IMG/VR virus record: IMGVR_UViG_3300045988_131209
DNA length: 49,086 bases
From: a virus
Direction: 5' to 3' (one strand)
The position numbers and the translations under genes are program-made. Shown here in pieces: positions 8,342 to 15,489 of this stretch; the first letter of the stretch is position 1, and the number at the start of each line of letters is the position of its first letter. Under the pieces are notes generated by a model, which had not been told where the DNA came from, ran no database searches, and saw only the letters and a list, made by a program, of their open reading frames with translations.

Positions 8342-8945
8342 CTTTGTTGCTGTCTTCTTTTGGGGCCACTACCGTGTCCTTTCCTGTTTTGTCCACTATA
8401 AATGTATTTCCATCTATCGTTATTTCTGTTTTTTGCCCTTCCGGTAAGGACTGAAAAAATCTTTTAAACCCCGAATCTTCCACGGTGGGACTTTCTGTAT
8501 CTTTATCGTCCTCTCCGGCTTCGTAGGGAAAAACATCCATTAACTGTGTTTCCGTGACGGATGCAATCTCATAGTCGGCAAGCGTACCCCTCATACCTTC
8601 TTCCAGTACGGCGACGGCTTCTTTCAGGTTCGACGCTTGTGCCAGCATCTGTGCTGCGGTTTTCTTTTCGGCTCCGCTCTTTTCGTCGAGGGTGATGAAG
8701 TAAACTTTGACCTTATAGAAACGGTCACCGTTTTCGTTGAAAAACAACTCTGATATCTTTGCCCTTTTGATATCTTTTACGGTAAATTCACCGCTGATAA
8801 ACGGTGCGACCTCTTCAATAATGCGGGCTTCCGCCTCTGAGAACGAAAGCGCATCTACTAAATAGGCTTCCGTCACCGTTTTTTGTTTCCCGTCTTCCAT
8901 GATTTTCTCGAAGGAAACTTTACATTCGAAATATGTACTTGCCAT
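8316..8945 (-). CDS. DUF4494-like protein
   Basis: N-terminus YFECKVSFEKIMEDGKQKTVTEAYLVDALSFSEAEARI resembles the Bacteroidetes DUF4494 family. Confidence 0.5.
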   Translation of the reverse strand: MASTYFECKVSFEKIMEDGKQKTVTEAYLVDALSFSEAEARIIEEVAPFISGEFTVKDIKRAKISELFFNENGDRFYKVKVYFITLDEKSGAEKKTAAQMLAQASNLKEAVAVLEEGMRGTLADYEIASVTETQLMDVFPYEAGEDDKDTESPTVEDSGFKRFFQSLPEGQKTEITIDGNTFIVDKTGKDTVVAPKEDSNKDDIRGTES

Positions 8946-8971
8946 AATTATTTATTTGTTAAACACTATTG

Positions 8972-9053
8972 TGGACGGCGCCGGAATCGAACCGGCCTCT
9001 TTGCAAAAGGTGCGCACTTTGCAATGTTTCATTCCTTTGATCACTTACCGCCC
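8972..9053 (-). tRNA. tRNA-like RNA #1 (82 nt, non-canonical; anticodon not assignable by eye)
   Basis: 7-bp acceptor GGGCGGT/GCCGTCC with G3:U70, A73; T arm GCCGG-TTCGATT-CCGGC; the 50-nt interior does not give a standard D/anticodon arm. Confidence 0.55.
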
Positions 9054-9122
9054 CAAATCTCCGTATATCCTCACGGACGACGGGGAAATACTAATCTATA
9101 ATACCATGAAAAACAAAAAAAG

Positions 9123-9269
9123 TTATCCACGTTTTCTTAATTTGCCTACCATTTGCCTGCATCGCCTGGCAAGGTCAAGGTCGCGTGGCATTGAGCAGTT
9201 GGCCTCTATTACCTGTTGCGACTTGTCCAGTAATGCGATGATCGTTTTCAGGTCTGTCTTTCCTAACAT
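9123..9269 (-). CDS. Small hypothetical protein (48 aa, below track cutoff)
   Basis: ATG-initiated ORF MLGKTDLKTIIALLDKSQQVIEANCSMPRDLDLARRCRQMVGKLRKRG fills the gap between the DUF1351 gene and tRNA-like #1. Confidence 0.35.
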   Translation of the reverse strand: MLGKTDLKTIIALLDKSQQVIEANCSMPRDLDLARRCRQMVGKLRKRG

Positions 9270-9281
9270 ATCACCCTTAAT

Positions 9282-10229
9282 TCATGGGACTTCAATTTTG
9301 TCAAAGTCAATGCCCCTGTCATTCATAAAATTGCCAAGTGCAATGATGTTTTCCCGCGTTGTCGTGACCTTAAAGGCCCGTGTCAGTAGTTCGGGTTGTG
9401 CCGGTTGTGGATCCGGCTGTGGTTCGGCCGGGATAAAGGGAATGTTTCCTTGTGCTTGCATCTCCTGCCGTTTGGGCTGCTCTACCGTCTTTTGCCGTTC
9501 TTCTTCAATCCGTCTGCGCTCTTCCTCTGCCTTTATCCGTGCCTCTTCGGCTATCCGTGCCCGTTCGCGCTGCTCTTTGAGGCGGTTCGCGTACAGGATG
9601 GTCGCGGAGATGTTGAGCGTGTCCATGTAATAGGTTCGGAGCACATCGAAGTCCTCGCCGAACCCTTTGAGGGCTTCCATGTCGCTGTCGACCTTGGCAA
9701 AGATTTTCTCAATCTCCGCCTGTATGTATTTCATGCTCGCTGACTTGTTGAGCCATTCCGATTTGAAAACCTTACCAAAATCAATAAGGTTGGCATTGCC
9801 ATCGTCAAAATACGAGCGGATAACGGCTAACTTCCTATCCTTGTATTGCTGCTCGTTTTGCTTCACGACTGCATCGATTTTAGCGGAACAGTCACCGATC
9901 AACTTTACGGTTTCGGTGACAATATCCTTAAACTCGCCGAAGGGCTTCATAAACTCCTTCTCGATTTCGAGCCTTTTTTGATTCAGGGCTTTGGCCGCCT
10001 TATTAAGGGCGGCCTTGTCTTTCTTCGCCTGGTCAATGTTTTCGTCGTTATAGTTGGCGATATCGTACATTGGCAAAGCTGCTTTGACCATATCCCTAAT
10101 CTGGATAGCGTTTGTCGTAAGGCTACCCAATGTCTTTTCACTTACGATCAATTCAAGGTCGCTTTCTTTGATTGCTATAAGTTGTTGTGTTTCCATAATT
10201 TCAATTGATGATTTTGTTAATGAGTTCAT
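9282..10229 (-). CDS. DUF1351-like recombination-module protein
   Basis: 315 aa, coiled-coil, E/R-rich linker, C-terminal small domain; position next to exonuclease/annealase as in other phages. Confidence 0.5.
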   Translation of the reverse strand: MNSLTKSSIEIMETQQLIAIKESDLELIVSEKTLGSLTTNAIQIRDMVKAALPMYDIANYNDENIDQAKKDKAALNKAAKALNQKRLEIEKEFMKPFGEFKDIVTETVKLIGDCSAKIDAVVKQNEQQYKDRKLAVIRSYFDDGNANLIDFGKVFKSEWLNKSASMKYIQAEIEKIFAKVDSDMEALKGFGEDFDVLRTYYMDTLNISATILYANRLKEQRERARIAEEARIKAEEERRRIEEERQKTVEQPKRQEMQAQGNIPFIPAEPQPDPQPAQPELLTRAFKVTTTRENIIALGNFMNDRGIDFDKIEVP

Positions 10230-10866
10230 TCGCTAAACATACCCGCTTTTCCATTTCCGCAAAGACTCTTTCATCTGGGACTATGCGTACAATGTGGATC
10301 GGATCGGCCTGAAAAGGATTGTAGGCGATAAAAAATGTTTCTCTCGCCTCGGTACACATCATGTGTGCCATGCACTGATAGTAGTACTCGTACTTTACGC
10401 GTAGCAGAGATTCGTTGTCGTAAATCTCGTTTCGGTAGCGCATAAAGGTCGCCTGATTGGGACATTTTATCTCCAAGCACGACTTTATTCCGCTGCTTTC
10501 GTCGTAGCAAAACCCGTCCGGGCTGCTTGCAAAGTACGGGATGGTAGGATGCTTGCACGATCCGACCTCTACAATGTGCCGTCCGGTTATCTTTGCGAAA
10601 AGGTCACGGGCTTCTGCTTCTTGTTCGTTGCCCCATCTTATAGCCTTGCTGGTTACTTCGGTTTGCCTAATGTATTCGGCAAACAGTTCGTCGTCGGCGA
10701 TGATCACCGGATTCATTGCCCTTTCCGCTGCTACCTGATACAAGTAGCTTTTACCGGTTTCGGAAAAGGTCTCTGTGCGGCCGCTCTTCATCAGCAGTCC
10801 GACGTTACTGCCCGTTATGTGGCCACAACGGGCGCGGAACCAACCTAATGTATGTTGTGCATCCAT
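10201..10866 (-). CDS. YqaJ-like viral recombinase exonuclease (lambda Exo-type PD-(D/E)xK)
   Basis: N-terminus WFRARCGHITGSNVGLLM (YqaJ signature), 221 aa. Confidence 0.75.
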   Translation of the reverse strand: MDAQHTLGWFRARCGHITGSNVGLLMKSGRTETFSETGKSYLYQVAAERAMNPVIIADDELFAEYIRQTEVTSKAIRWGNEQEAEARDLFAKITGRHIVEVGSCKHPTIPYFASSPDGFCYDESSGIKSCLEIKCPNQATFMRYRNEIYDNESLLRVKYEYYYQCMAHMMCTEARETFFIAYNPFQADPIHIVRIVPDERVFAEMEKRVCLANELINKIIN

Positions 10867-11717
10867 TACAAAAGGGTTTTAGGTTGGGTTGGCTTCTTTT
10901 CTTTAATGGCACTCTCTTTTGCAATGTCGGCGATTTTGGTTTTTGACACTTCGCCACCCCGGAAAGGTTTCATCAAATCTTCCACGGTTGTATCGCCATC
11001 TTTTAAAGATTGTGCCATACCAAGCAACAAGGCAATCTCATTAGCCCTGATTTGATTAACAGTCTGCTTTCCACATAAGCGGATAACCTCTGCTTCCGTA
11101 ATGCCCCATTCTTCATTAAAATGGTTGATTGCGTCGATTCTCCGTTTAATCAGCTTTTCTTCGTCCGAAAGGTCTCCTGTAATAAATCTTTGTGCTGCCT
11201 TATAAACTTTGTCAACTACAGCCTTCGGAACCACCGAAAAAACAGCGTTACGGTAAGCGATTGAGTTTGCCGCATTCCCCGTAACAGTAATCATGTCGTC
11301 GGAATAACGTTTCCCTTTGCTATCCACGATGCTTCTGCGTACCTCAAATGCAGATGCCACATTTGCCTCTAAATCCCAACATGTACCACGGCTGATTATC
11401 TGCTTATCTGTGATTTGTACAACTTTCGCCTCGGTTCTCATGTTCCCCCAATTAGAGACTACTATTTTTGCCAAATGGACGGAAGGCCCTGTGATCGGTT
11501 TCCCTCCGCGGGGTAACGCATATCCGCAACTTTGTGCGGTTTCAGAGTCCATCGTAGCCATGACAATCGAATTGTCTATGCTGCGCTTTATGTTCCGGGG
11601 GTAACGCTTTGCCGTTGCCACCTGAGAGTCGACGTTTGCCCTCTCTACTGCATCAACCTGTACGACTTGTACCTCTTGTGCTTCTACAGGAAGCACTTCG
11701 TAATTTTCTAAATTCAT
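10866..11717 (-). CDS. Putative single-strand annealing protein (RecT/Redbeta-class partner of the exonuclease)
   Basis: 283 aa, start overlaps the exonuclease gene (ATGA); assignment is by synteny, no motif firmly recognised. Confidence 0.45.
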   Translation of the reverse strand: MNLENYEVLPVEAQEVQVVQVDAVERANVDSQVATAKRYPRNIKRSIDNSIVMATMDSETAQSCGYALPRGGKPITGPSVHLAKIVVSNWGNMRTEAKVVQITDKQIISRGTCWDLEANVASAFEVRRSIVDSKGKRYSDDMITVTGNAANSIAYRNAVFSVVPKAVVDKVYKAAQRFITGDLSDEEKLIKRRIDAINHFNEEWGITEAEVIRLCGKQTVNQIRANEIALLLGMAQSLKDGDTTVEDLMKPFRGGEVSKTKIADIAKESAIKEKKPTQPKTLL

Positions 11718-11741
11718 GGATAATTGATTTTAATATGTTTG

Positions 11742-11809
11742 TGGACGCCGGGGAATCGAACCCCGCCCTTTCCCTTTTGAAGAATGCTCTACCGTTGAGC
11801 TATGCGCCC
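11742..11809 (-). tRNA. tRNA-like RNA #2 (68 nt; canonical D and T arms, truncated anticodon loop)
   Basis: GGGCGC-A-TA-GCTC-AACGGTA-GAGC-A-TTCTT-CAAAA-GGGAA-AGGG-CGGGG-TTCGATT-CCCCG-GCGTCC-A; G3:U70, A73. Confidence 0.55.
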
Positions 11810-12073
11810 GTGCCGGTCTTCCCCGGCTGCCAGTATCAAAAACAAATAATAGCCTGCCTGCCTCCCGGCGGTAATATTTTAAATCTCATCCTACCGTGCT
11901 CCTGCCTACCGGACCATTGCAAACGTCAAGGTCTACCACTTTCAAGGGTTTGCGGTTGCCGGTCTGAGGCGCGGGTTACACCTTGGATGATATCTTTATC
12001 TATCGACCAAATACCTCTTTAAATTTTTTATCCAAGGCATTAAGTATTCTAATTCTTGTTGCCGGATCACAAC

Positions 12074-12439
12074 TTATATTATCAATCGAATAGATTCTAA
12101 CGAGAAGTTGTTCTCTTGAACCGCAGAAACATCCACAAGTATAAAAAGGGGCGATTTGGGGGGGTAATTGTGTTTATACCACATATGATTAGTTCCTTTT
12201 ATCGCCACATAGTTTTTAGTGACTACGAAATCGTAGGTTGTTTCTTTATAACCCGGTGTGTTAGGGTTCCCGGCTGCGCTACGGCGGACATCATAGTCGC
12301 TGTTTAAAATTTCATTCTTAGTCATCTCTATATATAATTTAGATTGAATATTAATCTTACCAATACATAGTTGTATTTTCCCATTCCCTCTGATATACAT
12401 CTTCGGGATCTTCCGTATCTTCGCATCCGTCAAAGTCAA
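12074..12439 (-). CDS. Hypothetical protein (start uncertain; ATG at 12325 gives 83 aa)
   Basis: ORF-track ORF. An alternative 39-aa acidic ORF (12357-12476) in another frame covers the 5' part. Confidence 0.4.
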   Translation of the reverse strand: MTLTDAKIRKIPKMYIRGNGKIQLCIGKINIQSKLYIEMTKNEILNSDYDVRRSAAGNPNTPGYKETTYDFVVTKNYVAIKGTNHMWYKHNYPPKSPLFILVDVSAVQENNFSLESIRLII

Positions 12440-12472
12440 TGTCGCCGTCGGGGGTGGTTATGTAGATATCTT

Positions 12473-12613
12473 TCATGCCTCAAATAATTTGAGTTTGCTC
12501 ACAGACAACCAGCATAGGCACAAGCCTATAACATTGGGTAAAAACGACTCGCTTTCCGACACTGTCAGAATAAATCCCGTGATTAGCAGGATTGCAAAAA
12601 ATACCTTTTTCAT
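12473..12613 (-). CDS. Small membrane protein (46 aa)
   Basis: MKKVFFAILLITGFILTV... hydrophobic N-terminus; its stop overlaps the next ATG (ATGA at 12473-12476). Confidence 0.35.
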   Translation of the reverse strand: MKKVFFAILLITGFILTVSESESFLPNVIGLCLCWLSVSKLKLFEA

Positions 12614-12922
12614 ATATAATGTTGATTTTAAAATTTCAAGATAAAGCCGGAGCGATCTTCACAGAGGGCTTCGGCTAACAAGTAAATGAATTGTTGTACC
12701 ATGTAATGTGGAGTGGCCATCCGGGCATTGAACCCGGTAATGCAAGCCTGTAGGGAACGTAATAAATAGAAACAACTAAATCCGGTCTCTCACCGGACGC
12801 CGTCCTTTACGGCGGAATTGGTTAATTAATAAATCATTTTTAATTGTCCCTACCTTCTTAGTTGGCCTTGCACCCTCCGGCTGATTCGATCAGCAGCATC
12901 GCGCCTTTTCAGAGGGTTTTCT

Positions 12923-12930
12923 TAACTTTG
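12923..12930 (+). promoter_or_regulatory. -7 box TAACTTTG for the lone rightward gene 12957..13160
   Basis: Exact TAnnTTTG 26 nt upstream of the ATG; the 12-mer TAACTTTGTGTC is shared with the late promoter at 20333. Confidence 0.45.
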
Positions 12931-12956
12931 TGTCGCCAAACATAAAAATTAAGAAA

Positions 12957-13160
12957 ATGAGTAATTTTATTGAAGTAATCAATTGTGGAGATGAAGAGAA
13001 AATATTAATCAATGTAGATTACATTGTTAAGATTGTACCTTATGAGGGACAATCAAGCACTATCTATTTGAACGTTAAAAGCATTAATAACTATTCTCTT
13101 CAAACAATAACAGTCAAACACTCTTATTCCGAAATTAAGAAGATGCTTGCTATTGAGTAA
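12957..13160 (+). CDS. Hypothetical small protein (67 aa), opposite strand to the surrounding operon
   Basis: ATG at 12957 within track ORF 12930..13160; own promoter box. Confidence 0.5.
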   Translation: MSNFIEVINCGDEEKILINVDYIVKIVPYEGQSSTIYLNVKSINNYSLQTITVKHSYSEIKKMLAIE

Positions 13161-13389
13161 CCCAATTGTAAAGCTGTTTGTATTTTTCAGCATTTTTGAT
13201 GCACCATATCCTGATTAGTAAATCTTCGTGGCATGGTGCATCACTCAGCCACTGAAATATCTTATTAAGACTGCTTTGAGGCAGCGTGTAACCAACAGCC
13301 TCAACAATTACCATTTTTAATTCCATGTCACTCATGTTTATTAGTATTTGATGGTTTGTGTACCCGGCAGCCGATCCGATCGACAGCAT
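13150..13389 (-). CDS. Hypothetical small protein (probable start at 13335, 61 aa)
   Basis: Track ORF; 3' end overlaps the convergent 12957..13160 gene by 11 nt. Confidence 0.45.
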   Translation of the reverse strand: MLSIGSAAGYTNHQILINMSDMELKMVIVEAVGYTLPQSSLNKIFQWLSDAPCHEDLLIRIWCIKNAEKYKQLYNWVTQ

Positions 13390-13660
13390 CGCGCCTTCGA
13401 AGCCGGGCTATATCTTGTAGCTGGATAGGTTAACCAATGTCCGAATCATAACACCTAAAGGATAGTCCAGCTTTTTTGTTATACAATGTATGTCACACAA
13501 GACTCCACGAAAAGAACGATTAAACAACATCGCGAGCGGGGAATATCTTCCCTCTTTTCATTTCACCTTGTACCGCCTTGTGATATCCCGATACCTCTTA
13601 CGTGTAACTTATGATATCGTTCAAGGACTTATATAAACCATGTCAAAGAACGCTTTTTTG

Positions 13661-13730
13661 TGGGCATCCGGGATTCGAACCCGGTCAGGAACGCTTCCCC
13701 TCACCAGCCGAACGCTTTCGGCTTATACCC
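13661..13730 (-). tRNA. tRNA-like RNA #3 (70 nt; acceptor + T arm only, body is two short hairpins)
   Basis: GGGTAT/ATGCCC acceptor (6 bp), A73; T arm CCGGG-TTCGAAT-CCCGG; interior AGCCGAA-AGCG-TTCGGCT and GGGAA-GCG-TTCCT hairpins. Confidence 0.45.
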
Positions 13731-14032
13731 TATAGATTGTTTACAGAATCAAAAGATTTGTATGCAGCTAAAGCCGCCTCGATTTCAAGCCTGGAATACA
13801 TCATGGGGGAATTTCTTCCCGTTCCATTTCTTTCCCCTTTTACATTGTGCTCCCTTTTCAACTCCTGGAGTAGCGAAGGTTTATGCCCCAGGGATTTCAG
13901 CCACCTGCAAACTTCCCGTTGGCTGATCCTATCGGAAGCCGGCGCCCGCCTCTTTTCCGCTGCTTCTGCTCCAAGCGTTGCCGCTTCGATGAGCAGGTTC
14001 TTTAGTTCAAAAAGCTCTATTTTTATCTTCAT
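13730..14032 (-). CDS. Putative excisionase-like / HTH DNA-binding protein
   Basis: 100 aa from the ATG at 14032; ISQREVCRWLKSLG...MMYSRLEIEAALA resembles HTH_17/Xis-type proteins; located in the switch-proximal early operon. Confidence 0.35.
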   Translation of the reverse strand: MKIKIELFELKNLLIEAATLGAEAAEKRRAPASDRISQREVCRWLKSLGHKPSLLQELKREHNVKGERNGTGRNSPMMYSRLEIEAALAAYKSFDSVNNL

Positions 14033-14034
14033 GG

Positions 14035-14223
14035 CTACATTGTTTTTCTCTGTATCACACATCCGTAATCTTTCAAGGCAATCTCCCGGATTAAATCGGG
14101 CTGTTCCCCTTCCGTCGCAAACCGAAGAGCGTTCCTTACGGTCTGCTCCGTTACGCCAAGTCTGGAGGCTAACTTTGTCACCATCCCTCTTTCGTACAGG
14201 ATTTTATACTTTACTATCTTCAT
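14035..14223 (-). CDS. Small HTH protein (Cro-like candidate)
   Basis: 62 aa, KLASRLGVTEQTVRNAL helix-turn-helix; second gene of the leftward operon. Confidence 0.5.
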   Translation of the reverse strand: MKIVKYKILYERGMVTKLASRLGVTEQTVRNALRFATEGEQPDLIREIALKDYGCVIQRKTM

Positions 14224-14244
14224 GTCTTTGTTTTTATATGGTTA

Positions 14245-14538
14245 TCAATCACCGTTATATCTGTTGTTTGCATAATAGTTTGTCAGCGTGTTTGCCATGA
14301 AAGCCATTGAACAAGTGCTGATGTTGCGTTTTGCATCCCGGTTTTCGCACTGCTTTTTGTTCATGTTGAAAAGCTGGTACATGCTCATTGCCTTGTTATA
14401 AGAAGTACGTTCCTCTTTCCATGCTTCTTTCATGCACTCCGCAAATGTCAACACGTGATTGCGGTACTTCTTGCCAGCTTTGAACATGTTCCAAGCTGTT
14501 TTCATGATTCTGCTTTTGTTGTACTTCGGTGCTTTCAT
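14245..14538 (-). CDS. Hypothetical protein, first gene of the leftward early operon
   Basis: 97-aa ORF divergent from the repressor gene. Confidence 0.5.
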   Translation of the reverse strand: MKAPKYNKSRIMKTAWNMFKAGKKYRNHVLTFAECMKEAWKEERTSYNKAMSMYQLFNMNKKQCENRDAKRNISTCSMAFMANTLTNYYANNRYNGD

Positions 14539-14708
14539 TTCTGTTTTTATTTTTTATATTTGCAAATCGCCGTTTTCTTTTTCGTTTGCAAAACGGATTT
14601 GCTTTTGATTACAGTGCAAATATAATATCCATATTTGGATATTTGCTATTTTTAATTGTTAAAAATAGCAATATATGGCTATTTAGAATCAGTCTAAATA
14701 ATATCAAC
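14539..14708. promoter_or_regulatory. Lysis-lysogeny switch region with palindromic operators and two TATATTTG -7 boxes
   Basis: -7 boxes at 14555-14562 (+) and 14617-14624 (-). Palindromes ATTTGCAAAT 14558-14567, TTTGCAAA 14585-14592, ATATCCA-N4-TGGATAT 14625-14642, and a 13-bp perfect IR TTGCTATTTTTAA-TTG-TTAAAAATAGCAA 14643-14671. Confidence 0.6.
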
Positions 14709-15164
14709 ATGGAAAATATTGTAAAACAGAGAATTAAAGAAGCAATTGAATTTAGAAAAACCAGTATTAACGCTATAAGTAAGGTGATAGGGGTGAAGCA
14801 AAATACCCTGTCAAGGCAAATTAATACAGATAATCCAATGCCGCTTAGCAATGTATTGCTATTGATTGATGCGTTAGAAATTGATCCGTCGTGGCTTCTT
14901 ACCGGCAAAGGCGAAATGACCAAGCAGCCCACGGACCAAGAGACACCAGTCAGTACCAATAACTCGGACATGAAATCTGCTTTTTTGAAAAAGGAAGCCT
15001 TTTATTTAAGGCAGATGAACGAACGGTTGGACGACCTCATTAAGGCTAACGAAACAATCGAAAATTTAAAGGAAGAGGTAGAATCTCTCAAAAAACAGCT
15101 GGAGTTGGCAGAACAAGATTCAAATAAAATGGCTGTAAATGTCGTAAAACATAAGTTCGCTTGA
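14709..15164 (+). CDS. cI-like repressor (XRE-family HTH + C-terminal coiled coil)
   Basis: ATG at 14709; IKEAIEFRKTSINAISKVIGVKQNTLSRQ HTH; divergent from the early operon. Confidence 0.75.
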   Translation: MENIVKQRIKEAIEFRKTSINAISKVIGVKQNTLSRQINTDNPMPLSNVLLLIDALEIDPSWLLTGKGEMTKQPTDQETPVSTNNSDMKSAFLKKEAFYLRQMNERLDDLIKANETIENLKEEVESLKKQLELAEQDSNKMAVNVVKHKFA

Positions 15165-15216
15165 AACGTTTTCCTCCCGGCCATTGTTTTATACAAACAA
15201 TGTAAACTTTATCACG

Positions 15217-15489
15217 ATGGAAGAAGAAGATAGTGAATTATTGGAAAGGCTCGTCGTAATCGAGCTTAAAATAGACGCAATCCTTAGAGAGTTAGCCTTG
15301 TCTATAAGTAAAGAAAAGAACTTGATGTCTGGGATGAATACCCTTTTGGAAGAAGCAAGGGCACGCAAAAACACGGATAATGCCGAAGGAAAGATGCTGC
15401 AAATGGAATGTAGGGTTGTTGATATGTTAAGTAAAGTTAATGGGGGGGGGGTAAACAGGCTCTTCTATAGGAGAAGCCACTATCTTTAA
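15217..15489 (+). CDS. Hypothetical coiled-coil protein containing a G10 homopolymer
   Basis: ATG at 15217; G10 run 15442-15451 encodes GGG. Confidence 0.45.
   Translation: MEEEDSELLERLVVIELKIDAILRELALSISKEKNLMSGMNTLLEEARARKNTDNAEGKMLQMECRVVDMLSKVNGGGVNRLFYRRSHYL

Noticed and set aside
8972-9053. tmRNA or two-piece tmRNA (because of G3:U70 and the lack of an anticodon arm)
   Set aside because: The element is only 82 nt. I could not draw pseudoknots by eye, and there is no tag reading frame (no ...ALAA-stop coding stretch) here or in the neighbouring gaps.
8899-9630. 243-aa plus-strand ORF
   Set aside because: It runs antisense through tRNA-like #1 (the GAGIEPA translation is a T-arm shadow) and through the DUF1351 gene, and its peptide is low-complexity.
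11771-11790. CTTCAAA in tRNA-like #2 read as an opal-suppressor (UCA) anticodon loop, implying stop-codon recoding
   Set aside because: The five bases on either side do not pair, and the 5' side would invade the D stem. All long late genes are open in the standard code, so there is no sign of recoding.
13611-14300. 229-aa plus-strand ORF
   Set aside because: It is an antisense shadow across tRNA-like #3 and three well-packed leftward genes, with Ser/Leu/Phe-rich composition.
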